Translations under genes and position numbers: made by a program | Shown here: positions 50,785 through 61,291 of the stretch, one piece after another | How positions within the stretch are numbered: position 1 is the first letter of the stretch | How the letters are laid out: each line of letters opens with the position of its first letter | The notes under the pieces: generated by a model | Databases searched by the model: none | Told to the model about the DNA's origin: nothing | Seen by the model: only the letters and a program-made list of their open reading frames with translations | Assembly: GCF_963921235.1 (NCBI RefSeq) | Contig: NC_086108.1 | Span: 15,748,001 to 15,812,000 of the forward strand | Length of the DNA stretch: 64,000 nucleotides | Source of the DNA: Mobula hypostoma | Taxonomy: Eukaryota | Direction of reading: 5' to 3'

Positions 50785-52090
50785 CTATACAACAATCAGC
50801 AGAGGAGATAATCCCAGTACAAGAAATCCAACACACCAACAAAGGGTGGATAACCCAAGAAATTCTAGATCTGATGGAACAAAGAAGGTTAGTGAAGAAT
50901 AATGAAGTACAACACAGAGAGCTAGACAGACAGATGAGACAATTGTGCAATATTGCAAAGGAAGAATGGCTGAATTAAAAATGCAATGAAGTAGAAGGCC
51001 ATATTAACAACAGCAAAGAAATGCACAAGAAAATTAAAGGAATTACTGGAATTAAGAAAACCTCCTCTACAGGATGCATAAGATCAGCAGACAGATCCAT
51101 ACTAACAGATCCAGATAAAGTATGTGAGAGGTGGATTCAGTATATACAGCAGCTGTTTGAGGATAATAGAGGGGAACCCCCAGATATTAAACACCCTAAT
51201 TCTGGCCCACCTATTACCAAAGAAGAAATAACTAAAGCAATGAAAAGCATGAAACATGGTAAAGCCACTGGACCTGATGAAATTTCAGTGGAAATGATAT
51301 AAGCCCTAGAAGATCTAGGCATAGATATTCTTTTTGAACTGTTTAATGGCATATATGAGTCTGGTGTATTGCCTGATGATCTCTTGAAATCAGTATTTAT
51401 AACTCTGCTAAAAATTCCTAGAACTATTGACTGCGAAAATTATAGAACAATCAGTGTTATGAGTCACATACTAAAGATTTTGTTGAGAATTGTTCTGAGT
51501 CGAATTAAAAACAAGTTAAGGCCAGAAACTTCTAAACTGCAATATGGGTTTATTGAGGATAGAGGAACTAGGAACACAATTTTCATACTACGAATGCTTT
51601 CAGAAAGGGCAATTGAATATCAGAATGATGACTGTCTATGTTTTATTGATTTCACTAAAGCATTCGACAAAGTGCAACATGAAAAGTTATTTCAAATTTT
51701 CGCTAAACTAAACATTGAAGGAAGGGACCAACAACTGCTTCAAAATTTATATTGAACCAAACAGCGGCGGTTAAAATTGATGATAATATAAGCAGTTGGA
51801 CTAAAATTCAAAGAGGAGTTAGACAGGGATGCGTTGCCTCACCAGAATTGTTTAATATCTATAGTGAAATGATTCTCAGAGAAATGGAAGACCTAGATGG
51901 GATAAAAATTGGAGGTGTTAACATCAATAATATAAGATATGCAGACAATACCACCCTAATAGCATGTGCTGCAGAAGACCTACAAATCCTCCTAGACAAA
52001 GTCGTACAAACAAGCGCAGATTTTGGTCTAACCCTCAACTGTAAAAGAACCAAATGTATGGTAATATCAAAACGGCAGGATATTCCCAAC

Positions 52091-53420
52091 CTATGTTCCC
52101 TCCAAGCTGTGTGCGTGTGCAGACGCACACACGTTTTTCAACCAGCACACAAAGGAAATGTGCGCACAAAAAGTTAGTTACCTAAAATAATGTAGTAATT
52201 AATAATTATACTTATTGAAAATAATCTTTTAGCTAAATGTTTCTGTTAACTAGTTAGTCGGTTTTTCGAATACCACAATGCACGTCACTAATTTACGTCA
52301 CGTCACCTCACCTTTCCTGTTCCAGTTTGTACAGCTGCATCACGGCGGCAGCCATCTTTGGCGGACAGTTTACAAAGATCTGTTTCAAATCCTGTAGATA
52401 GCTTACTAAGTTTTTATTGATAAAGATCAGTCAAATGACCCTGTGGCTAAATACTGTCACAAGAAATTGATAAACATCACATAAAATGTAGCTTTACAGG
52501 CTTTAAGTGATGCCTTTGATGAACTGGCTGTACTGTGCAAGATTCTGCAAAAGAGTGGCCTGACACCGATTGATTCACTTCATTTTACGCAAGGCAAAAT
52601 TAACAAGATAAGAAAGCAGTACCTGGGGGACAATGTTTCGTGGAGTGACAAAGTTAAAGTTTTGCTAAGCTAACAACGTGAAGAAAACGTCACAGTAGAT
52701 ACAAGTTCGCTGCTGACTTTTATAAATAGTCTTTGAGTTCATTTAGAAGAAAGGTTTCCTGAAGATGGGGTACAAGAATGGTCAGCTTTTGATTTCTCCG
52801 CAATTGCAGATTGTGACTTCACATTTGGCGATAAACAAGTTAGTGCCTTATGTCTAAAATATCATGATTTTCTAGCTGAAGATACTGTAATAGTTAGTTT
52901 AATGATTTCAAATTTTCTGTGCAAGGAAAAATTAAATCCAAACTGATTTCAAACTTTGCTTAAATGGTGGCATTTGTACTTTAAAATGAACAGTTTTGCG
53001 ACCTTGCACAGTTGATGAACATTGGGGGAACCTCTCTTGTGTCTAGTACGGACTGTGAGTGAGGTTTTAGCCTAATGAATCAACTCAAAAACAAGCTGAG
53101 AAACCATTTAGGTGAATGTCATTTGGATATGTTAATGAGAATCAAAAGCTATCAATTGGATTGAAGTTCTATTAGTCTAGACAGAGTTTACAAAGAATGG
53201 GTAAATGCCAAAGACAGGAGAGAGAGAAAATAACTGAGTGACTTAAATATGTATGTTATTTCGTTGTTATTCCGTGCAGTTTTATGTCAAATATTTTGTA
53301 AACCTACATAAACTGTGCCATGTGTGCCTTCAGTACGCACATATTTTTGTCACAGGAAAAAAATTTGCACAACATAAGATTTTTGCGCACACTAACTACA
53401 AAAAATTAGAGGGAACATTG
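52091..53420 (+). mobile_element. Internally deleted hAT (Tip100-like) DNA transposon with transposase C-terminal remnant
   Basis: TIRs CTATGTTCCCTC / GAGGGAACATTG; 8-bp TSD TTCCCAAC/CTCCCAAC; SSTDCE*GFSLMNQLKNKLRNHL...LDMLMRI hAT dimerisation motif ~53040-53150. Confidence 0.9.
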
Positions 53421-55039
53421 CTCCCAACTGCCAATTGTACATAGGTAACCAAGAGATTGAACAAAATCTTTAATCAAGCTTTAATTACCTTGGTAGCTTT
53501 ATATCACAAGATACTAGAAGTAAAGTAGAAAGGAAAAGAAGAATTGCCATTGCCAAAACCAACTTCCAAAAAATGAAACCCATTTTTACCAATGGACACA
53601 TTTCTATGACAACAAGGCTTAGGCTACTAAAATGTTACATCTGGTCAATCTTGCTGTATACTTCCAAAACATGGACTATAACACCAGAACTCCAAAGAAA
53701 CTTAGCAGCAACAGAAATGTGGTTTCTTAGAAGAATTCTGAAAATATCATAGGGTAACTAATGAGATAGTACTCCAATGTGCCCACACAAAAAGATCTTT
53801 AATGAGAACATTAAATGAGAGGAAACTTAAATACCTGGGCCATGTCATCAGAAAGGGAGAAATAAAATGCCTTACATTACAAGGCCGTATGCCTGGGAAA
53901 CACGGAAGAGGAAGGCAAAGAAGAAAATATATGGACACTGTGAAAGAACTAACAGATCATTGACGCTGCGAGGGATCGTTCGATGTGGAGAGCCATGATT
54001 GCCCAAGCGTGTAACACGCAAGGCACATGAAGAAGAAGATCAGAAAGCAAGTTTCTGCAGAGCGGTGACTCATAGTTTGGGTGGGTTGGCGAGGCAGATT
54101 GGATATGATGATGGTCTGACTGGTGGGCAATGTAACCTCACTTCATCTAAGCTACTTTCTCAACAGTTCTACTGCTCTTTCTGTTGATCCTTTGTGCTAA
54201 TTTATTCTGTGTTCTATTACCTTTATCTGAGGATACTTTATCAAGTGAGTACTTTGTTTTTGCACTAGTCTAGTCATTTCCCTTGGTCACTTCAAACAGA
54301 CATGCTGAGCCCCCGAGTTCCACCCTTCAGTGTGGTAGCAACCTCCATAACAACCTTGCTGATTAACTCTGACCAATGCTGCCTCAGTTATCAGCAAAAT
54401 TTCTTTAGCTGTGTACAGTTTCTCCCCAGGTTATGAACATCCAACTTATGTACAGTCCATATATTTGAATGAGTGTTCAGGAGATTGGTGGGATAGATTT
54501 GCCAGCTGCTGTGGAGTTGTAGGCATATTCTGCTGTGTGTAAACTCAGTTTGTGGCAATCTGATTGCATATTGCAGAGAAATCTGAATGCTGAGTTGGAA
54601 CACCCTAATTTAACAACACATTGGCCTTGACTGGCTTATGTTTTTATTTAAATATATTGCCACTGATCCGTATTTACAACTTCCAAAGTGTTGCAGGTAC
54701 AAACTGTTCTCAGGAACAGACCCTTATAGTAATCTAAGTAGCATCTGTACATCGGCTCTCTGCTCATGCAAGACATTACTTGGCTGCTGAATTCCATCTG
54801 ACATTAGGCTGGAGATACCCTTTATTTTCCGTTAAAACTCCCAGAATCTTTTTGTATACTATTCAACATAGGTTTCTTCTTTGTTTCTGTGGCTTGATTT
54901 TACACCAAGGAATCAGCCTCACTTGTAGTGTAAACTCCAACAGTCCTGATTTTTAAAAAACTTATATATATATTGAATCATCCTCTCTCCGCCCTCGCCT
55001 TCCTTTCCCCTCATCCCCTCCACCAGCTTCTCCATATGA

Positions 55040-55080
55040 GTGTGTATATATATATATATGTATGTAAAAAACACACACAA
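55040..55080 (+). repeat. (TA)n/(CA)n microsatellite
   Basis: Direct reading. Confidence 0.8.
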
Positions 55081-56125
55081 AATGACGATGGCCCACATGA
55101 ACTCTGGGCTGCAGGGTCTATTTCCTTGCTGTATGCCTCTATGATTCTGACAAAGCTCAGTACTACCCAAAACCAAATCTATCTGTTGATAGAGCTTTAG
55201 GTTTTTGAATTAGTTACTGGCAGATCACATCATTTTTATGTCCACTGCATTTATTTGCCAATCAAAATAACCCGGTGCATATTAATACCAGCCTATGAAA
55301 ACCAGCATGTTGCCCTTTGAAGTATCACTCTTCATCGAAAATGTCTGGTGAACATATTGTAAAATTTAGGCCACCAATGTGGCTTTACAGGAGCATTTCA
55401 AGGCTTTTGTGTATGATGTATCTGACACATGTTGTCCAACACATGTGGCAAGCCTCAAACAATCAAGAATAGCATCTTTCATATGATAACAGGTCCCAAA
55501 CTGCTCACATAAGAATCAAGAGCATACATTTAAGAAGGGAGAGATTTAATAGGAACTTGAGAGGCAAATTTTTTTACACAAAGAGTAAAAGGTATGTATG
55601 TGAAGTGAGTTGCAAGAGTCATAGAGAAGTACAGCACAGAAACAGGCCCTTCAGCCCATCTAGTCCATGCCAAAATCATTTAAGCAGCCTACTCCATCGA
55701 CCTGCACCAGGACCATAGCCCTCCATATCCCTACTATCCATGAACCTCTCCAAACTTCTCTTAAAAGTTAAAATTAAGCTTGCATGCACCACATACTGGC
55801 AACTCATTCCACACAAGTTAAAAGTTCCCCTTAAACTTTTCACTTTTCACCTTAACCCATGACCTCTGGTTGTAGTCCCACCCAACCTCAGTGGAAAAAG
55901 CCTGCTTACATTTAACCTATCACTTACATTCTAAATAATAAAATCCTAATCTATTCAGTCTTTCCTTATAACTCAAGTCCCCCAGACCCGGCAACAACTT
56001 TGTAAATTTTCTCAACACTCTCTCAACCTTGTTTACATCTTTCCTGTAGGTAGGTCACCAAACTGCACACCAATTAGGCCTCACCAATGTCTTATACAAT
56101 TTCAACATAACATCCCATCTCCTGT

Positions 56126-56306
56126 CACAAACAAGAGAAAATGTGAAGATGCTAGAAATCTGAGCAACACACATAAAAACACGGGGGAATTCAGCAGTTT
56201 TTTCTCCAGTCCTGCCGAAGGGTTTCAGCCTGACACATCGACTGTACAGCTTTTTCCATAGATGCTGCCTGGCCTGCTGATTTCCTCCAGCATTTTGTGT
56301 GTGTTG
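56126..56306 (+). mobile_element. Penelope-tail insertion with inverted 5' segment; hammerhead core mutated
   Basis: 14-bp TSD ATCCCATCTCCTGT 56112-56125/56307-56320; 56126-56195 is antisense tail end, remainder sense. Confidence 0.88.
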
Positions 56307-57250
56307 ATCCCATCTCCTGTACTCAATACATTGATTTATGAAAGCCAATGTGCCAAAAGTTTTCTTTTTTGACCCCATCTACCTGTGATGCCACTTTCAA
56401 CTAATTATGGACCTGTATTCCCAGATCCCTTTGATTTACCACACTCCTCAGTGCCCTAGCATTCACTGTAGAAGACCTACTCTGGTAAAACACTGTAAAA
56501 CCTTGCACTAATAAATTCCATCTGCCATTTTTCACCCCATTTTTCCAGCTGATGCAGATCCCTCTGCAAGCCATGACAGCCTTCCTCATTGTTATCTACA
56601 CCCCCAATCTAGGTGTCATCAGCAAATTTGCTGATCCAGTTAACCACATTATCATTCAGATCATTGATATAGATGACAAACAACAAAGGACCCAGCACCG
56701 ATCTCTGTGGCACAGCACTAGTCACGGGCCTCCAGTTAGAGAGGCAATCTTCTGTTACCACTCTCTAGTTCTCCCACAAAGCCAATGTCTAATCCAATTT
56801 ACAATCTCATCCTGAATGCCAAGTGTCTGAACTTTCTTGACTAGCACTCGGGACCTTGTCAAATGCTTTACTAAAGTCCATGTTGACAACATCCACTGCC
56901 TTGTCTTCATCCACTTTCCTGGTAACTTCCTTTAAGATTGGTTATACGTGACCTACCACTCGCAAAGCCATGTTGACTATCCTTAATCAGTCCATGTCTA
57001 TCCAAATACTTATATGTCTGGTCCCTTAGAATACCTTCCAATAACTTTCCCACAACTGATGTCATACTCACTGGCCTATAATTTCCTGGTTTATGTTTAC
57101 ACCCATTTTTAAACAGCAGAACAGCATTGGCTATCATCCAATCCTCCAGTACCTCTCCTGTCACAAAGGATGTTTTAGATATCTATTCAAGGGTCCCAGC
57201 AATTCCTGCACTTGCCTCCCGTAGGGTCCAAGGAACCACATTGTCAGGTC

Positions 57251-57427
57251 AAAAAAAAACGCAAACAACAGGAATTCTGCAGATGCTGGAAATTCAAGCA
57301 ACACACATAAAAGTTGCTGGTGAACGCAGTAGGCCAGGCAGCATCTCTAGGAAGAGGTGCAGTTGACGTTTCAGGCCGAGACCCTTCGTCAGGACTAACT
57401 GAAAGAAGAGTGAGTAAGGGATTTGAA
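57251..57427 (-). mobile_element. Penelope-tail insertion with intact hammerhead core
   Basis: 11-bp TSD ATTGTCAGGTC 57240-57250/57428-57438; minus strand agtc-CTGACGA-agggtctcggcct-GAAA-cg-TC-aact. Confidence 0.92.
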
Positions 57428-57648
57428 ATTGTCAGGTCCTAGGGATTTATCCACCCTGAAATGCTGCCAGGTAGCAAATACCTCCTCCTCTATTATCTCT
57501 GCAAGCTCCATGAAATTGATGCTGCTTTGCCTCACTTCTATAGATTCCATATCCATCTCCTGGGTAAATACAGATTCAAAGAATTCATTTAAGATCTCCC
57601 TTATCCATTTTGGCTTCACATATGGATTACCATTCTGGTCTTCCAGAG

Positions 57649-58426
57649 CAGGGGTCCCCAACCTTTTTTGCACCGCGGACCGGTTTAATATTGACAATAT
57701 TCTTGCGGACTGGCTGACCTGGGGGGAGGGGGTGTTCAAGTAGGGTTAAAATCACCTCAACATGTCTTTTACAGTTAGGGTTGCCAACTTTCTCACTCCC
57801 AAATAAGGGACAAAAGTAGCAGTCAAATCCTGGGACACTTGTATTTACCCCGAGAAAGACTACCATGACCATGAAGCCTTGCACGGGCACCTGTGTGTGC
57901 ATGCATGACGTGCGCATGTGTGTATGTGCCGATTTCACCCCCCCCAATCGCTTTTGCCTTCATCTTCCTGACTATACTGTACATACATTGTTTCTACTTT
58001 ATATAGGCTGTGTATTTATCATATCATTCCTGCTTTTACTATTTTTATTTATTTTTATTTTTATTTATTTTCAGTTTTATGTGTTATTTGGTATGATTTG
58101 TTAGGTTATTTCTTGGGTCTGGGAACACTCAAAAAATTTTCCCATATAAATTAATGGTAATTGTTTCTTTGCTTCACGCCATTTCGGCACGAAAGCTTTC
58201 ATAGGAATGCTGTACCTTAGCGGGGGAAATACGGACAATCCAATTTAGCCCAATACATGGGATGTCCCGGCAAATACGGGATGTCCCGCAAATACAGGAC
58301 AGTTGGTAACCCTATGTTCAAGTTCAACAGTGCGTGACAGGGGATGAGGAAAGGTGCAGCTGACTCATATCGTTCCCTCACGGCCTGGTAGCACATGCTT
58401 TGCGGCCCAGTAGTTGGGGACCGCTG
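57649..58426. mobile_element. hAT (Charlie-like) non-autonomous element containing a second hAT-like element
   Basis: Ends CAGGGGTCCCCAAC / GTTGGGGACCGCTG; 8-bp TSD TTCCAGAG 57641-57648/58427-58434. Confidence 0.92.
57741..58314. mobile_element. Nested hAT-like element with TAGGGTT termini (Blackjack-like)
   Basis: TAGGGTT.../...AACCCTA; 8-bp TSD TGTTCAAG 57733-57740/58315-58322; subterminal GGGA(C/T) repeats. Confidence 0.8.
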
Positions 58427-58560
58427 TTCCAGAGGACCAATTTTGCCCTGCAATCCTTTTGCTCTTAACATATCTGCAGAATCCCTTAGGATTCTCCTTT
58501 ACCTTGGCTGCTAGGATAACTTCATGCCTTATTTTAGCCCTCCTGATTTCTTTCTTAAGT

Positions 58561-58672
58561 AACAAACACAAAATGCTGGAGGAACTCAGCTGGCTAGGCA
58601 GCATCTATGGAAAAGAGTACAGTCGACATCTCGGGCAGAGACCCTTCATCAGGACTGAAGGGTCCTGGCCTA
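58561..58672 (-). mobile_element. Penelope-tail insertion with short inverted segment
   Basis: Minus agtcCTGATGAagggtctctgcccGAGAtgtcgact; plus-strand tgaagggtcctggcct stub; candidate TSD TAAGT 58556-58560/58673-58677. Confidence 0.82.
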
Positions 58673-59164
58673 TAAGTGTTCTCTTGCTTTACTTGTACTC
58701 CATAAACATATTATTGTTCCTACTTGCCTATAACTGCTGTGCCCCTCCTTTTTTCTCTTAACCAGGGCTTCAATATCTCTTGAAAGCCAATGTTTTCTAC
58801 ACTTTTATCTTTATCTTTTATTCTGACAGGCACATATAAGCTTTGTACTCTCAAAATTCATTTTTGAAGGCCTCCCACTTTTCAAATATACCTTTGCCTC
58901 ACTAGTTGAGTTCTCCAGTCTGTCCTGATGGAGCACTGCATTATATTTTCCCTGACCACTGATGCCACCCCTCCTCCTTTAATCCCTCACGTTCTGTCAC
59001 GTATGAAACAATGGAACCCCAGTATAATGAGCTGCCAGTCCTGCCGTCATGCAACCAAGCCCATCATAATTCCAGGTGTTGATTCATGCCCTGACCTCAT
59101 TCGCCTTTCCTCCGACACTTCTTACATGACATAAACACGGCTCAGGACACTAGTCGCACCATGA

Positions 59165-59299
59165 CCTGACGAAGGGTCTCGGCCCGAAACGTCGACTCTA
59201 CCTCTTCCTAGAGATGCTGCCTGGCCTGCTGCGTTCACCAGCAACTTTTATGTGTGTTGCTTGAAATCCCAGCATCTGCAGATTTCCTCGTGTTTGCGT
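59165..59299 (+). mobile_element. Penelope-tail insertion beginning at the hammerhead core
   Basis: cCTGACGAagggtctcggcccGAAAcgTCgact ... gtttgcgt; no TSD seen. Confidence 0.88.
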
Positions 59300-59754
59300 A
59301 ATCCTCCTAGTACTGGCCTTACTGGCACGTGGCAAGAGTAGCAATCTGAAAATCACAACCCTGTAGGCCCTGCCCTTTAACTGAGCACTTAACTCCCTGA
59401 ACTCCCCATGCAGAACCTCGTTACTTGTCCAACCCATGTCATTATTACCTACATGGACCACAACCTCTGCCTGTTCACCTTCCCAGAAGAATGCTGAGGA
59501 TTCGATCCGAGATGACCCAGACTCTGGCAGCCAGGAGACAACATACCATCGGGAAATCTCGTTCTCACCCACAACTTCCTGTCCATTCCCCTACCAACAA
59601 ATCTCCTAACCCCACAGCGCGCCTCTTCTCCCCCCTTCCCTTTGGAGTCACAGAGCCAGATTCAGTGCCAGAGACCCAACCATTGTGACATTCCTCTGTT
59701 AGGTTATCCCTCCCCCAGCAGTACCCATAGTGGTATACCTGTTGTTCAGGGGGA

Positions 59755-59950
59755 TTTATTTGCAGAGGAAGTATTTGAGACAAGTACAATAACAATTTTT
59801 AAAAGACAGTTGGACAGGTGCATGGATTGGAAAGGTTCTGATCCAAACAATAACAAATGGGCCTAGCTTTGATGGGTCATCGTTGCTGGCATAGGCCATT
59901 TGAGCCAAAGGGCCTGTTTCTGTGCTGTACAACTGTAAGAACTCTATGAA
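59755..59950 (+). mobile_element. Decayed CR1 3' end
   Basis: TIFKRQLDRCMD; gggcctgtttctgtgctgtac terminus. Confidence 0.75.
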
Positions 59951-60601
59951 GAAGTCTTACCAGATGTTCCAGTGAGCAAGGTTAGGATAGGGGGCTAACG
60001 AATGGGCTAAAAATTCACATAGAAGAGTAATTCTATATCCTTATTAACTCTTTATTCTATTCTTTGTAATTGTTGAATGTTTTTGTGACATGTTGCACCA
60101 ACACACCACAGCAAATTCCTGATATTTGTAAATCTATATGGCAAGTAAAGTTGATTCTTGATCCTTGATGTGGTAGGATTGAAGTATGTGGAGAGGCAGA
60201 GGAGCTCAAAGGAAATATTTTCAGAAATTAGGCATATAGGTAGTGAAGGGGAGCAACTGTAAAGGATGGAAGATCTTTAAGAGGCCAAATATGAAAGAAC
60301 ATCATGATTGTGGTGGGTTGTACATGCCAGAGGTGGTTACAGATCTAGGCAGTGTAGTGAATTGAAAAAACTAATAGTTTCAGCTTAACCACTTCCAGCT
60401 GCAGGTATTTAAGATGAACATCCTTGTGACTGTGGTTAACTGAGGCTAGCTTAGTGGAATTATTAGTGACGTAGAGAATGGAAAGTTCCTGTCTATAGCA
60501 TTGTTCTTTCCTCCTTTTTGTCATGAGTTGTGCTGTGTTGGTTAACTGCTTCACATATCTCATTTCCAAGAGGAAGCTCATTGTTGGTTTCACCTTCGCA
60601 G

Positions 60602-60730
60602 ACCTCAAAGGAGGACTTGCTGCAGGCCGACTTTGAAGGGGCTTTAAAGTTCTTCCGTGTCCAGTTGCCAAAGCGCTACAGAGCCGAGGAAAATGCCAGG
60701 AGATTAATGGAGCAAGCCTGCAATATAAAG
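60602..60730 (+). CDS. RABGAP1L: Internal coding exon of Rab GTPase-activating protein 1-like (end of TBC region)
   Basis: TSKEDLLQADFEGALKFFRVQLPKRYRAEENARRLMEQACNIK; acceptor ttcaccttcgcAG, donor AAG|GTAAGC; 129 nt, phase 0/0. Confidence 0.93.
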
Positions 60731-61291
60731 GTAAGCCAACAAGTAGCTGGGGTGTGGAAAAAAGAACGTAACTGGTCAAATCTGGATTTAATGCTCAATA
60801 CATGACTCTGACCTGATGTGAGGACAAGTTGATTGGTTCAGTAGGTGCAGTTAATCAGAAGAAATCCAGCTCAGCCTCAGATTTGTATACAGCAAGTACA
60901 AACACCGAAGCAATAGTTATGTCTGTCTGTAGGCTCAAAGTAGTTTAATTAACACCATTTGCTACAAGATAAGTGAGGAAAGCAATCTGGCCCACTGTGG
61001 TTGATCCATCTAAAATTTTTAAAAAAACACCACAGAAGATAAGGCTCCCAAAATGCTCCAGTGGTAGGGGTTTTCCTGGCCTGAAGTCTGTAAACTCGCT
61101 GATGGAGCTTAATTGTTGTGATAACTTAATACTGTATTTACAGCAGGCAATCTAGGGAGAGTTTAGTCTTGTGTCTAGCAGGATCTCAGTTACATTCAAG
61201 AATTTTTTTCCATAAATAACCTCAGTTACACTATCAGAAATATTGTGTATTGTATTCTGATGGGTCTAAAGTTTATTCATCACCACATCTT

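Larger units (their letters stand above)
40660..54040 (+). mobile_element. RTE-clade LINE in five pieces (~40660-41025, 42781-43010, 50350-50469, 50785-52090, 53421-54040)
   Basis: VMGDFNTKVG, RNQIDFI...YPGADCGSDH, NYRTISVMSH, FIDFTKAFDKV, GVRQGCVASPELFNIYSE, NNIRYADN; (GAA)n tail. Confidence 0.9.
55617..59750 (-). mobile_element. Decayed near-full CR1 (ORF2 + ORF1 esterase) hosting five insertions
   Basis: PGNYRPVSMTSVVGKLLE, KENPKGFCRY, VVVHVGNND; 3' UTR at 55617. Confidence 0.9.

Noticed and set aside
54413..54750. Possible Tigger/mariner-like MITE (TACAG...CTGTA ends)
   Set aside because: Terminal repeats too degenerate to support
60345..60779. 144-aa minus ORF
   Set aside because: Antisense shadow of the RABGAP1L exon
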